DNA of 64,000 bases from Candidatus Woesebacteria bacterium GW2011_GWB1_33_22 (lineage in GTDB: Bacteria > Patescibacteriota > Microgenomatia > UBA8517). The notes beneath the pieces were generated by a model. That model was not told the origin of the DNA and did no database searches. It saw only the letters and a list, made by a program, of their open reading frames with translations. Positions 1-10,268 of this stretch are shown piece by piece; positions within the stretch are counted from its first letter, which is position 1, and each line of letters begins with the position of its first letter. The stretch is from contig LBOW01000001.1 of assembly GCA_000989765.1 (NCBI GenBank), positions 118,538-182,537 of the forward strand. Direction: 5' to 3'. A program made the translations under genes and the position numbers.

Positions 1-71
1 CTAAGATAATTGGCGAGCGAAAAAACAAAAATCCAAATTATAAACTAGGTAGAGCAAGGCTGTTTCAGTAA

Positions 72-581
72 ATGAATAAAATTTTAAAAATCTTGTTTTT
101 TATATTCAGTTTACCTTTATTTTATTATGTCTCACTTTCAAATTCTGAGTTTCCAGATATACCACCAAATTCTGTTCAATCAAATCAACCCGCTGATGTG
201 GAGACACCTTTTAGACGCGGATATTATACAAATCTGACTCGTGAAGAGGTTATCGAGCATTACAAAAAGGAATTTAATAATAAAAATAATTTATATACAC
301 TTCGTCTAAATTATCCACCTGAAGAGTCACAAACCATAATTCGTGATCAAACCAGGAGTACATATTTGGAAGAATTGACGCATCCTTTAAGAGAGTCGCT
401 TTATATCAGTGGTTTAGAAGCCAAAAATTCAATATATCAATTTAATATAAATGGAGTTGATTGGCAACAAAAAATAATAATCAGATACATTCCCAGCAAT
501 GTTTATGTTCGGATACTAGTTATGATTTTGACTATTGGATCTAGTTTATTTTTAATAAAGGAGTTTTTATATGTCAAATAA
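72..581 (+). CDS. hypothetical membrane protein
   Basis: 169 aa ORF with N- and C-terminal hydrophobic segments; overlaps the next gene. Confidence 0.6.
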   Translation: MNKILKILFFIFSLPLFYYVSLSNSEFPDIPPNSVQSNQPADVETPFRRGYYTNLTREEVIEHYKKEFNNKNNLYTLRLNYPPEESQTIIRDQTRSTYLEELTHPLRESLYISGLEAKNSIYQFNINGVDWQQKIIIRYIPSNVYVRILVMILTIGSSLFLIKEFLYVK

Positions 582-1848
582 TATTCATAAATTTTTACTA
601 ACAGCACTTTTAATTATGATACCTTTGTTTCCCAAATTCCCACTTTTTGGTGTTTCGGGAACTTATGTTTCTATTAGACTTGAAGACATTTTAATTGCTG
701 TTAGTTCGATTGTATTTCTTCCTTTATTAATTAAGGAAATTAAAAATTTGTTGAATGACAAAATTATCAGGTCTATTATAATCTTTTTATTTATAGGATT
801 GGTTTCGTTTATTTCAGCTGAATTTGTCACCCAAACAATATCGCCAACTATTGGTTTATTGCACCTAGTTAGACGGGCAGAATATTTCTCTTTATTTGTT
901 TATGGATATTTGTATATTAAATATTTATCAAAAAAGGAAGATATTGAATTTTTTGTCAAAATCTTGGCCCTAATTATTGGATATATATTTATATATGGAT
1001 TATTACAACGATATTTTTCTTTTCCGATTGTTATTACTCAAAATTATGAATATTCAAAAGGAATTGCGCTTCGTTGGATACCAGGTTCACATATCAATTC
1101 AACATTTGCTGGTCATTATGATTTGGCAAATTATTTAGTATTAGTAATACCTATATTTATAACTGGCCTTTTTACTTTTAAAGAAAAATTGATAAAAGTT
1201 TGTTTTGGAACAGTGTCTTTATTTGGATATTGGTTATTTTCAAACGCTTTATCACGTATTTCTATAGTTTCATTTATCGTAGCCACAAGTATTTCATTGT
1301 TATTGCTAAAAAAATATAAAGAGATCCTTATTTTTGGAACAATCTCATTAATTTTATTAGGTTTTTCAGAGGGGTTAAGGGACCGATATATGCGTATTTT
1401 TGATTTAATTAAAGATAAGATTTCGACTGTTGTTGTTGTCTACGCAGAGGAATCAAATATTTTTGAAGATAGGTCAACTTCAATCAGACTTAATGTTGAA
1501 TGGCCAAGAGCAATTCGTGCGTTTTCCAAAAACCCCCTTTTAGGAACTGGATATTCTTCAATTTCATTAGCAACTGATAATGATTATCTTAGAGCGTTGG
1601 GAGAAGTTGGTATTCTTGGCTTTTTTTCTTTTATTTTGATTTTTGTAAATATTTTTAAACTATTATATTCAACAGATTTTAATGGTCAAATGAATAATGT
1701 TGAAAAAATATTTTTTGCATCAATGGTAGGTGGCACAATTGGTATTTTAATAAGTGCATTATTTATAGATATTTTTGAAGCATCTAAATTTGCATCAAGT
1801 TACTGGTTGTTGATGGGAATGCTTGTAGGGAGGGTAAAAACTAGTTGA
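571..1848 (+). CDS. O-antigen ligase/polymerase-like membrane protein
   Basis: Multi-TM; STFAGHYDLANYL and PLLGTG...DNDYLRALGEVGILG motifs. Confidence 0.7.
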   Translation: MSNNIHKFLLTALLIMIPLFPKFPLFGVSGTYVSIRLEDILIAVSSIVFLPLLIKEIKNLLNDKIIRSIIIFLFIGLVSFISAEFVTQTISPTIGLLHLVRRAEYFSLFVYGYLYIKYLSKKEDIEFFVKILALIIGYIFIYGLLQRYFSFPIVITQNYEYSKGIALRWIPGSHINSTFAGHYDLANYLVLVIPIFITGLFTFKEKLIKVCFGTVSLFGYWLFSNALSRISIVSFIVATSISLLLLKKYKEILIFGTISLILLGFSEGLRDRYMRIFDLIKDKISTVVVVYAEESNIFEDRSTSIRLNVEWPRAIRAFSKNPLLGTGYSSISLATDNDYLRALGEVGILGFFSFILIFVNIFKLLYSTDFNGQMNNVEKIFFASMVGGTIGILISALFIDIFEASKFASSYWLLMGMLVGRVKTS

Positions 1849-1849
1849 T

Positions 1850-3244
1850 ATGAACAAATTATTGGTTCGAGTAAGAACTGTATTAATTAATGAGTATTTT
1901 ATACTGTCAATTATACTTGTATTAGGCTTTATTTTGAGACTATATAAAATTGATAATCCAATAGCTGATTGGCATTCGTGGCGTCAGGCAGATACCTCAT
2001 CCGTTTCTCGCAATTTTGTAAAAAATGGCATTAATATGTTTTACCCAGAATTCGACGATATAAGTAGTATACAAACAGGGATTGATAATCCCACAGGAAT
2101 AAGGATGGTTGAATTTCCAGTTTATAATGCAATTCATGCAATTATTTACAAAAATTTTTCAATTTTTAATCTAGAGAAATGGGGAAGAATATTAACCACA
2201 ATTATTTCTCTTTTAACTACAGTATTTTTATTTTTACTTGCAAAAAAACATTATTCGTCAAAAGTGGGACTCTTGACCGCCTTTTTCTTTACTTTTATTC
2301 CATTTAATATCTATTTTTCAAGAGTAATTTTACCTGATCCTTTAGGTATTCTATTTGCCGTAGCAGGACTTTATTTTTTTGGTATCAATATAGTAGTTTC
2401 GGGGCTTTTATTTGCACTAGCATTTTTACAAAAACCTTATTTTGGAGTTTATTTATTTCCTATAATTCCAGAGTTAATAAAAAAAGAGAATTTAAAGCGT
2501 AATTTTGCATTTATATTTTTAACATCTTTGCCTTTTCTTTTATGGCGTTATTGGACTTCACTTCATCCAGAAGGTATTCCTTTTTATGAATGGGCCTTTA
2601 ATGGAGATAGAATAAGGTTTCATCCTGCATGGTGGAGATGGATTTTTGGAGAAAGAATAGGAATTTTAATTTTAGGTGGTTGGGGGTTAGTACCCTTTGC
2701 CGCAGGTTTGACCAGGAAACTTAAAAATAAATTCAGTTTGCTTTTGAATCTGGGAATGCTTACATCTTTGATAGTTGTAGCTACTGCCAGTGTTAGACAT
2801 GATTATTATCAAATTCTAATTATTCCAGCTGTTTCAATTTCACTAGCGTTAGGATCGCTTTGGTTTTGGAAAAGATCTAAAATAATTTTAGTATTGAGTA
2901 TTTTGGTTATGTTTCTTGTAGGTTGGGATAGAATTAAGCCTTTTTATATGATTAATCATCCAGAACTGATGGAAATTGGTAGGGTAGTAGACACCACCTT
3001 ACCTAAGGATGCCAAGGTTGTCGCTCCATATAATGGTGATACTGCATTTTTGTATCAAATGAATCGTAAGGGCTGGCCTGCAGTTGATAATTCAATTGAC
3101 AATATAATTAAAAGAGGTGCAACTCATTATGTTTCGCTAGATTTAGGAAGTTTGGACTCCGTCAATTTTAGTAAAAGATTTAAAACAGTATTAAAAACCG
3201 ATAAATTTATAATTTTAGATTTAAACAAAGAAATTAAAAAATGA
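1850..3244 (+). CDS. GT-C fold glycosyltransferase (ArnT/PMT-like)
   Basis: Multi-TM with N-terminal LRLY...WHSWRQADT loop. Confidence 0.7.
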   Translation: MNKLLVRVRTVLINEYFILSIILVLGFILRLYKIDNPIADWHSWRQADTSSVSRNFVKNGINMFYPEFDDISSIQTGIDNPTGIRMVEFPVYNAIHAIIYKNFSIFNLEKWGRILTTIISLLTTVFLFLLAKKHYSSKVGLLTAFFFTFIPFNIYFSRVILPDPLGILFAVAGLYFFGINIVVSGLLFALAFLQKPYFGVYLFPIIPELIKKENLKRNFAFIFLTSLPFLLWRYWTSLHPEGIPFYEWAFNGDRIRFHPAWWRWIFGERIGILILGGWGLVPFAAGLTRKLKNKFSLLLNLGMLTSLIVVATASVRHDYYQILIIPAVSISLALGSLWFWKRSKIILVLSILVMFLVGWDRIKPFYMINHPELMEIGRVVDTTLPKDAKVVAPYNGDTAFLYQMNRKGWPAVDNSIDNIIKRGATHYVSLDLGSLDSVNFSKRFKTVLKTDKFIILDLNKEIKK

Positions 3245-4428
3245 AGATTTTAATGCTTGTGCCATTTTTACCAATTGATCAAATGTCTGGTGGGCAGACA
3301 AGATGGTTCCATTTAATTAAACATTTAAGTGAAAAACATGAGATAACTTTAATGTCTTTAATCAAAGATGAAGAAGAAAAAGAATACTTACCCCAAATAG
3401 AAAAATATTGTAAAAAAGTATACGTTTTTAAAAGGCCAAAATCCCCTTGGACTTTTAGAAATTTATTTTTAACTTTAATTAGTTTTAATCCCTTGGTTGT
3501 TATTCGAAATTTTTCAATGGAAGAAAGATCTGCAATTTATAAAGAATTGTCGACTAATGAATATGATCTTATTCATGCCGAAACTTTTTATGTCATGCCC
3601 CATATTCCAAAAACTAAAATCCCAATTATTTTGGTTGAGCCAACTATTGAATATTCTGTTTATAAACATTATGTGGATAACGAAGTTAATCCAATTTTAA
3701 AACCAATTTATATGTTTGATATATTAAAGCTTAAATTTTGGGAAAAGTTTTACTGGCGTCGAGCCAGCAGACTTTTTGCTGTTTCTGAAGATGACAAAAA
3801 GGTTATGCAAAAAGAGATACCAACAAAAGATGTTGGTGTTATTTCAAACGGTGTAGATCTTGAATTTTTTGATAGTAAAAAAGTTGTTAAAAAAAATCCG
3901 CCTCGGATTTTATACCATGGTAATTATAAGTGGATGCAAAATGTAGAAGCAGTTAATCTTTTAGTTCATGAAATCTGGCCAAAAATAAAAAAAGAAATTA
4001 AAGATGTAAAACTTTGGATTTCGGGTCGTAATGTTCCTCCAGAAATAATTGCATATTCTAAATTAGATAAAGACATAGAAATTTCCGAAAGCATTAAAGA
4101 TAATAGAGATATTTATAAAGCGTCAACTGTTTTAGTTACTCCTATTCGAGGCCCAGGGGGAACTAGACTTAAGGTTTTAGAAGCAATGGCCTCAGATTTG
4201 CCTGTCGTTTCAACCCCAGTTGGTGTTGCAGGTCTTGGAATTATCGAGGGAAAGCACGCTTTAGTTTCGCCAAATATGGAAACTTTATCTGAAATGGTTA
4301 TCGATCTTTTAAAAAACAAAGACAAAGCAGAAAGAATAGGAAAAGCAGGTAGAGAATTTGTTAAAATTAACTTCGATTGGAGTGGAATTGTAGCTAAACT
4401 AAATAAAGTATATGATGCAACCAAATGA
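3241..4428 (+). CDS. GT4 glycosyltransferase
   Basis: GGTRLKVLEAMASDLPVVST motif. Confidence 0.85.
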   Translation: MKILMLVPFLPIDQMSGGQTRWFHLIKHLSEKHEITLMSLIKDEEEKEYLPQIEKYCKKVYVFKRPKSPWTFRNLFLTLISFNPLVVIRNFSMEERSAIYKELSTNEYDLIHAETFYVMPHIPKTKIPIILVEPTIEYSVYKHYVDNEVNPILKPIYMFDILKLKFWEKFYWRRASRLFAVSEDDKKVMQKEIPTKDVGVISNGVDLEFFDSKKVVKKNPPRILYHGNYKWMQNVEAVNLLVHEIWPKIKKEIKDVKLWISGRNVPPEIIAYSKLDKDIEISESIKDNRDIYKASTVLVTPIRGPGGTRLKVLEAMASDLPVVSTPVGVAGLGIIEGKHALVSPNMETLSEMVIDLLKNKDKAERIGKAGREFVKINFDWSGIVAKLNKVYDATK

Positions 4429-4946
4429 AAATATTAATTGACGCAAGGCTTTGGGGACCAAAAAACACTGGAAATGGTAGGTATACAAAAGAATTAATTG
4501 AAAATTTGGCAAAAATAGATCTAAAAAATAATTATATTATTTTATTGAGAAAAGATAATTTTGATAAAGTTATTTTGCCTAATAATTTTCAAAAAGTTTT
4601 AGCTGATTTTAAACATTATTCTTTTGAAGAACAATTTAAACTACCACTTTTGATAAATAAATATAAGCCAAACTTGGTTCATTTCCCCCACTTTAACGTT
4701 CCAATTTTTTACTTTGGAAAGTTTGTTGTTACCATTCATGATCTTATAATGCATAAATTTACTGGTGGGGAAGCAACGACAAGAAAATTTCCAATTTATC
4801 AAATTTGGAGAATAGGATATTACCTTTCTTTTACAAAAGCAGTTTTTGGGTCAGTTAAAATAATTGTTCCAAGTAATCTTGTTAAAACAGAATTAGTCTA
4901 TTATTACAACATTGATTTAAATAAAGTGGAGGTAACCTATGAGTAA
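4425..4946 (+). CDS. GT4 glycosyltransferase, N-terminal domain (split gene)
   Basis: MKILIDAR...GNGRY...HFPHFNVP...VVTIHDL; ends at the interdomain linker. Confidence 0.75.
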   Translation: MKILIDARLWGPKNTGNGRYTKELIENLAKIDLKNNYIILLRKDNFDKVILPNNFQKVLADFKHYSFEEQFKLPLLINKYKPNLVHFPHFNVPIFYFGKFVVTIHDLIMHKFTGGEATTRKFPIYQIWRIGYYLSFTKAVFGSVKIIVPSNLVKTELVYYYNIDLNKVEVTYE

Positions 4947-5466
4947 ATATTTTATATACACGGGGAATGCCTATCCTCATAAGAATTTAAGTAGACTTAT
5001 TGATGCAGTTGTTTTGTTAAAGACGAACCTAAGAATTGTTTCTGGTAGAAGCGTGTTTATTGAAAGACTGGAAAATGAGATAAAACTTAAAAATGCAGAA
5101 AAATATGTTGAGGTTTTAGGGTTTGTAGATGACGATGATTTAACAAAACTCTATAAAGATTCAGTAGCTTTTGTTTTTCCCACACTTGCAGAAGGTTTTG
5201 GATTGCCTCCCATGGAAGCCATTAATGCAGGAACATTGGCAGTTGTGTCTGAAATTCCAGTATTAAAAGAAGTTTACGAAGATTCTGTTTTTTATTTTGA
5301 CCCACTAAATGTAAATTCAATAAAAAATGCTTTGGAAAAAATATTAAAAATTAAGGATGAAGAAAAAGAAAAAATAATAGCAAAATCACAAAAATTCTTA
5401 AAAAGATATTCATGGCTTAAAATGGCCAAAGAAACACTTGAGGTTTATAAGTTAATAAAGACATAA
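4939..5466 (+). CDS. GT4 glycosyltransferase, C-terminal domain (split gene)
   Basis: GNAYPHKN and EGFGLPPMEA motifs; GGAGGT at 4928-4933 upstream of ATG. Confidence 0.75.
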   Translation: MSKYFIYTGNAYPHKNLSRLIDAVVLLKTNLRIVSGRSVFIERLENEIKLKNAEKYVEVLGFVDDDDLTKLYKDSVAFVFPTLAEGFGLPPMEAINAGTLAVVSEIPVLKEVYEDSVFYFDPLNVNSIKNALEKILKIKDEEKEKIIAKSQKFLKRYSWLKMAKETLEVYKLIKT

Positions 5467-5488
5467 TATTTGGAGTAAAATACTTCTA

Positions 5489-6619
5489 ATGGATCTTAAT
5501 AATCTGAAAATTGCAATTGTATATGATAGGGTAAATAAATTTGGTGGGGCGGAGAGAGTGTTGTTGTCATTTCATGAGATGTTCCCAAAAGCACCACTTT
5601 ATACATCTGTTTACGATCCCAAAAAGGCTTCTTGGGCGTCAGTTTTCTCAAAAATTTACACAACTTTTCTACAAAAGATACCTATATTACGAAATTATCA
5701 TGAACTAATGGGGTGGTTGATGCCAATAGCTTTTGAGACTTATAATTTTGACAATTACGATTTAGTGATTTCTGTTACTTCTGAGGCCGCAAAGGGAATT
5801 ATTACGGGCACAAAGACGTTACATGTTTGCTACATGTTAACTCCCACTCGCTACCTTTGGTCACACTATGAGTCATACTTTAAAGGTTCAACCTTTAAAG
5901 GTCTGACTAAACCAATTGTTAATTATTTAAGATGGTGGGATGAGGTTGCAAGTAAAAGACCCGATAAAATAATAGCAATATCAACTGAAGTGAAAAGAAG
6001 AATAAAAAAATATTATGATCGTGATAGTGAGATAATATTCCCTCCCGTTAATTCTCCCGAGGTGGCATTAGTAAATCACCCCAGGGGTGGAATTTATTAT
6101 TTATACGTAGGGAGATTGGTTGGTTATAAAAAAGTTGATTTATTAATTGAGACTTTTAATGATTTAGGTTTACCACTTGTTGTGGTGGGAATTGGTGCAG
6201 AATTATCTAAATTAAAACGTAAAGCTCATAACAACATCAAATTTTTATGTCAAGTAACAGATAAAGAGTTAGTCAAAATATATCAAGGTGCAAAGGCATT
6301 GATAATGCCCCAAATAGAAGACTTTGGAATTACTTCAGTTGAGGCTCAGGGAATTGGAGTTCCTGTTATTGCATATAATAAAGGTGGAGCAATGGATACT
6401 GTCATACCAAATAAGACTGGAATTTTTTTTAATAACCAAACAAAAGAAAGTTTAAAGCAGGCAATTGCAAAATTTGATACAATGAGATTTAATAATATAG
6501 ACTTAATAAACAATGCTAAAAATTTTTCAAAAGAGAAATTTAAAAGAAAACTACAAAGATCACTTGTACGCTCTTATAGTAGTTGGTGGAGGAGGAACAC
6601 GTCTTTGGCCAGTATCTAA
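5489..6619 (+). CDS. GT4 glycosyltransferase
   Basis: GGAERVL, GRLVGYK, EDFGITSVEAQ motifs. Confidence 0.85.
   Translation: MDLNNLKIAIVYDRVNKFGGAERVLLSFHEMFPKAPLYTSVYDPKKASWASVFSKIYTTFLQKIPILRNYHELMGWLMPIAFETYNFDNYDLVISVTSEAAKGIITGTKTLHVCYMLTPTRYLWSHYESYFKGSTFKGLTKPIVNYLRWWDEVASKRPDKIIAISTEVKRRIKKYYDRDSEIIFPPVNSPEVALVNHPRGGIYYLYVGRLVGYKKVDLLIETFNDLGLPLVVVGIGAELSKLKRKAHNNIKFLCQVTDKELVKIYQGAKALIMPQIEDFGITSVEAQGIGVPVIAYNKGGAMDTVIPNKTGIFFNNQTKESLKQAIAKFDTMRFNNIDLINNAKNFSKEKFKRKLQRSLVRSYSSWWRRNTSLASI
5878..5902. repeat. REP-like palindrome copy (in frame, FKGSTFKG)
   Basis: CTTTAAAGGTT-C-AACCTTTAAAG(GT); same element as flanks the RAYT gene. Confidence 0.85.
6051..6093. repeat. GC-rich imperfect hairpin inside GT4 linker
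   Basis: CACCCC-A-GGGGTG palindrome (6077-6089) preceded by related TCCCGAGGTG. Confidence 0.45.
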
Positions 6620-7649
6620 AATTTCATCTCCAAAACAATTTTTGAAATTATTTAATAATCAAACTTTAACGCAGATCACCTCGTATCGTTTTAATAAAAT
6701 TCTGGCTTGGGAGAAAATATTTGCAGTTACAACCAGCGAAGAATATAAAAAGGAGATTCTTAAAGAAGTACCAGAATTTATAGCGAAAAATATCATTGTC
6801 GAACCAATAAAACGAAATACTGCGGCAGCTCACGCCTTAGGTTGTGTTTATATTGTACAAAAAGATTCCAAAGCCATAATCTTAAATGAAGCAGCTGATC
6901 ACTTAGTAGATCCACAAAGAGAGTACTTAAAGAATTTATTATCCGCCGCTAAAGCTGTTTTTGATAAAGATTTACTTTTAGCCATTGGAATAAAACCAAC
7001 TTACCCAAATGTTGGGTATGGATATATAAAATTAGGCGAAAAATTAGCTGAATATGATGGAAAACATGTCTTTAAACTAGATGCTTTTACCGAAAAACCT
7101 GAACTTGAAATTGCAAAAAAGTATTTAGCTTCTGGCAAATATTTTTGGAACGGAAATCAGTATGTCTGGGGAGCCCAAACTTTTCTTAAGGCATTAGAAA
7201 AATATGCTCCAGATATCGCCTCAGGAATGAAACTAATTGCAGGTGTGATTGGAGAAAAAAAAGAGAAAGAAATTATTAAAGAAGTTTATGAAAAACTTCC
7301 TGATATCTCTGTTGATTATGCAGTAAGCGAAAAGGCTAAAAACTTTATAATGATTGTTGCAGATTATGGTTGGACTGATATAGGAGATTGGAAAGAAGTT
7401 TGGGAAAATAGTCCAAAAGATCACAATGGAAATGTAGTAATTACTGAAAATAGTGAAAAAGTAATTAATATCGACACAACTGATGCCTTAATCCATTCTG
7501 ACGGAAGGCTAATAGCTGCAATTGACGTAGATAATTTAATTATTGTAGATACGGAAAAGGCACTACTAGTTTGTTCAAAAAGCCACGCTCAATCGGTTAA
7601 AAAAATTGTCGAGTTTTTAAAGGAAAAGAATAGGAAAGATCTTCTTTAA
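6513..7649 (+). CDS. manC: mannose-1-phosphate guanylyltransferase
   Basis: GGGGTRLWP..PKQFL, GYGYI, FTEKP, ISVDYAV, WTDIGDW; exact start uncertain. Confidence 0.85.
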   Translation: MLKIFQKRNLKENYKDHLYALIVVGGGGTRLWPVSKISSPKQFLKLFNNQTLTQITSYRFNKILAWEKIFAVTTSEEYKKEILKEVPEFIAKNIIVEPIKRNTAAAHALGCVYIVQKDSKAIILNEAADHLVDPQREYLKNLLSAAKAVFDKDLLLAIGIKPTYPNVGYGYIKLGEKLAEYDGKHVFKLDAFTEKPELEIAKKYLASGKYFWNGNQYVWGAQTFLKALEKYAPDIASGMKLIAGVIGEKKEKEIIKEVYEKLPDISVDYAVSEKAKNFIMIVADYGWTDIGDWKEVWENSPKDHNGNVVITENSEKVINIDTTDALIHSDGRLIAAIDVDNLIIVDTEKALLVCSKSHAQSVKKIVEFLKEKNRKDLL

Positions 7650-7655
7650 ACTAAA

Positions 7656-8306
7656 ATGTTTTTTGAATTTATAAAACGAACAATAGATTTTACCTCGGCG
7701 ATAATATTAATTATTATTTTTTCCCCAATAATGTTACTCACTGCAATAATTATTAAAATTACGTCCCCTGGCCCTATTTTGGTTGAAGGTACCAACAAAA
7801 CTGCACAAAGAGTTGGGAAAAATGCTAAAGTCTTTTATCATTTTAAATTTAGATCGATGATGGTTAATGCTTATGAAATTATTAAAAATCATCCTAGATT
7901 TAGAAAATTATACTCTGAATATAAAAAATCAAACTTCAAACTAAGTAAGGACCCTCGTGTTACCAAATTTGGAAAATTTATTCGAAAATATTCAATAGAT
8001 GAAACTCCCCAATTTTTCAATGTCTTAATGGGGGAAATGAGCCTGGTTGGGCCTAGACCGTGTTTTGTGGAAGAACTTGAGGAACAAAAGAAGAGGTTTC
8101 CTGAGTGTGAGAAATACATCAAGGAAATGTTAAAAGTTAAACCTGGAATTACAGGATATTGGCAAGTATCAGGTAGAAGTGAAGTTAATTTTGACAAACG
8201 CGTTGAGATGGACGCTTATTATGCCAGAAAAAAGTCACTTTTTTTTGATCTTTTGATAATATTAAAAACTCCATGGGCTATGATTAGTGGAAAAGGTGCT
8301 GTATAA
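7656..8306 (+). CDS. polyprenyl-phosphate sugar phosphotransferase (initiating GT)
   Basis: KR.ID, FKFRSM, DPRVT.FG.FIRKYSIDE.PQ, MSLVGPRP, KPGITGYWQV. Confidence 0.9.
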   Translation: MFFEFIKRTIDFTSAIILIIIFSPIMLLTAIIIKITSPGPILVEGTNKTAQRVGKNAKVFYHFKFRSMMVNAYEIIKNHPRFRKLYSEYKKSNFKLSKDPRVTKFGKFIRKYSIDETPQFFNVLMGEMSLVGPRPCFVEELEEQKKRFPECEKYIKEMLKVKPGITGYWQVSGRSEVNFDKRVEMDAYYARKKSLFFDLLIILKTPWAMISGKGAV

Positions 8307-8318
8307 TTTTTATTCAAT

Positions 8319-10268
8319 ATGAAAGAAGAACCTGCTATCTTAATTCCTAAAATAGAGCCTGATAAGCTTGAGGTTGTAACTAAACCAAAATCTAAATTAA
8401 AGATTAAATTTTTTGTAATACCTTCAGTAATTTTATTAATTATTTTCCTTTTATTACTCCCGATTTTACTGTTTGGTGCTAGGGCAAACAAGGCTTATAA
8501 ACAAATATTACCAATTGTAGAAAATATAAACATTGAAGATACGAACAAGCTTAAAAGCGATTTAGCCTTAGTTAAAACTTCAGTTTCTGATTTAAAAAAG
8601 TCGTACAAATTGTTTTCTTGGATGAAAATATTTCCAATCGTTGGAAAGTATGTCGGAGATTTAGGTCATTCGATTAACGCTGGAACATATGTAATAGACG
8701 CTGGGGAAATTATGTTAACTACAGTTGAGCCTTATTTGGAAGTGTTGGGCTTTAAGGATGATGGAAAGGATAGTACACAAACATCTCAGGAAAGAATTGA
8801 TTTCATTATAAATTCCATTCCTGAAATATTACCTAAAGCTGGGGACATTTCGGAAAAATTCAAAAAAGCTGAAGAAGAGATGTCAAATATTAATCCTAAT
8901 GATTATCCTGAAAAATTTAAAGGCATTGATTTAAGAGAAAAATTGAAAAAAGGACTTGATCTTTTTAAAGAAATTTCTGGATATATTTCTGAAAGTAAGC
9001 CACTTTTGGAAACGGCACCATACCTTTTAGGTGTTGATAGTGAAGATGGTACATCGAATGATAGAAAATATTTGGTCCTTTTTCAAAATGATAAGGAACT
9101 TCGAGCAACTGGTGGATTTTTAACTGCATACTCAATAATGAAAGTATCTAAAGCAAAATTTGAACCCGTTTCTTCCGATGATATATATAATCTTGACGCC
9201 AAATATAAGCCTTCTCTTCCTGCTCCAACCGCAATTGTTGATCTTATAAAAGGCCCGTATGTCCTTTCCCAAAATATCAGACTTCGTGACATGAATTATT
9301 CTCCTGATTTTAAAGTTGCAATGGATCTTTTTTTTGAGGAAGCAAAAGATCTTGGATTAAAAGACGTAGATGGAATAATTGCGGTTGATACGGGACTTTT
9401 GGTAAATTTGCTTGATGCTTTGGGCGAAATTGGAGTCCCTGGATTTGGAAATTTTTCAACTAAGATAGAACCTAAATGTAATTGTCCTCAAGTTATTTAT
9501 GAACTTGAAAGTTTTGCAGATGTTGAAGGCCCAATTATCTGGGATCCATTGACAGGTGAGATTATATTAAGACCTAAAAATTCAGATAACAGAAAAAAAA
9601 TAATTGGACCATTAATGAATTCAATTTTAGCTAATTCATTTGGCTCGACTAAAGACAAACTTCCCAAATTGATTAATGCGGTTTTTAAATCTATTACTGA
9701 AAAACATGTACTTTTTTACTTGCATAATGAAGATGCCCAAAAAGCAGTTGAGGGGTTTGGAATTGCAGGAAGAATGGAAACTGGTGCATCAGATTATCTT
9801 CATATAAACGACTCAAATTTAGGTGGTCGAAAATCAAACCTTTACGCGAAAGCGGAAGTTGAACAAGATATTGTAGTCAATAAAGAGGGTTTAATTGAAA
9901 AAACAATTACAATTACTTATAAAAATCCAGAAAAACATGATGGCTGGCTTAACTCAGTTCTTCCTAATTGGGTAAGAGTATATGTGCCTGAAGGCAGTAA
10001 ATTAACAGACGCCGAAGGGTTAGAAAAACAATATGAAACAACAACAGAATTAGGTAAAACTGTTTTTTCCGGGTTTTTTAAATTAAGACCAGAAGGGGTT
10101 TCCAAAGTTATTTTTAAATACATTTTGCCATTTAAGAAGTCTAATGATTATAAAATATATATGCAAAAACAACCTGGAACTGATGCTCCACTTTATAGAA
10201 TTATAACTTCGAAAAGTGAGGAGGAGTTCTTGTTAAATATAGACAAAGAAATTAGAATCAAGTTGTGA
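8319..10268 (+). CDS. DUF4012-like membrane-anchored protein
   Basis: YLVLFQNDKELRATGGF and RDMNYSPDF motifs; one N-terminal TM. Confidence 0.7.
   Translation: MKEEPAILIPKIEPDKLEVVTKPKSKLKIKFFVIPSVILLIIFLLLLPILLFGARANKAYKQILPIVENINIEDTNKLKSDLALVKTSVSDLKKSYKLFSWMKIFPIVGKYVGDLGHSINAGTYVIDAGEIMLTTVEPYLEVLGFKDDGKDSTQTSQERIDFIINSIPEILPKAGDISEKFKKAEEEMSNINPNDYPEKFKGIDLREKLKKGLDLFKEISGYISESKPLLETAPYLLGVDSEDGTSNDRKYLVLFQNDKELRATGGFLTAYSIMKVSKAKFEPVSSDDIYNLDAKYKPSLPAPTAIVDLIKGPYVLSQNIRLRDMNYSPDFKVAMDLFFEEAKDLGLKDVDGIIAVDTGLLVNLLDALGEIGVPGFGNFSTKIEPKCNCPQVIYELESFADVEGPIIWDPLTGEIILRPKNSDNRKKIIGPLMNSILANSFGSTKDKLPKLINAVFKSITEKHVLFYLHNEDAQKAVEGFGIAGRMETGASDYLHINDSNLGGRKSNLYAKAEVEQDIVVNKEGLIEKTITITYKNPEKHDGWLNSVLPNWVRVYVPEGSKLTDAEGLEKQYETTTELGKTVFSGFFKLRPEGVSKVIFKYILPFKKSNDYKIYMQKQPGTDAPLYRIITSKSEEEFLLNIDKEIRIKL

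Noticed and set aside
6530..6550. Programmed -1 frameshift fusing GT4 and ManC
   Set aside because: ManC is in the +1 frame and no in-frame slippery heptamer is present
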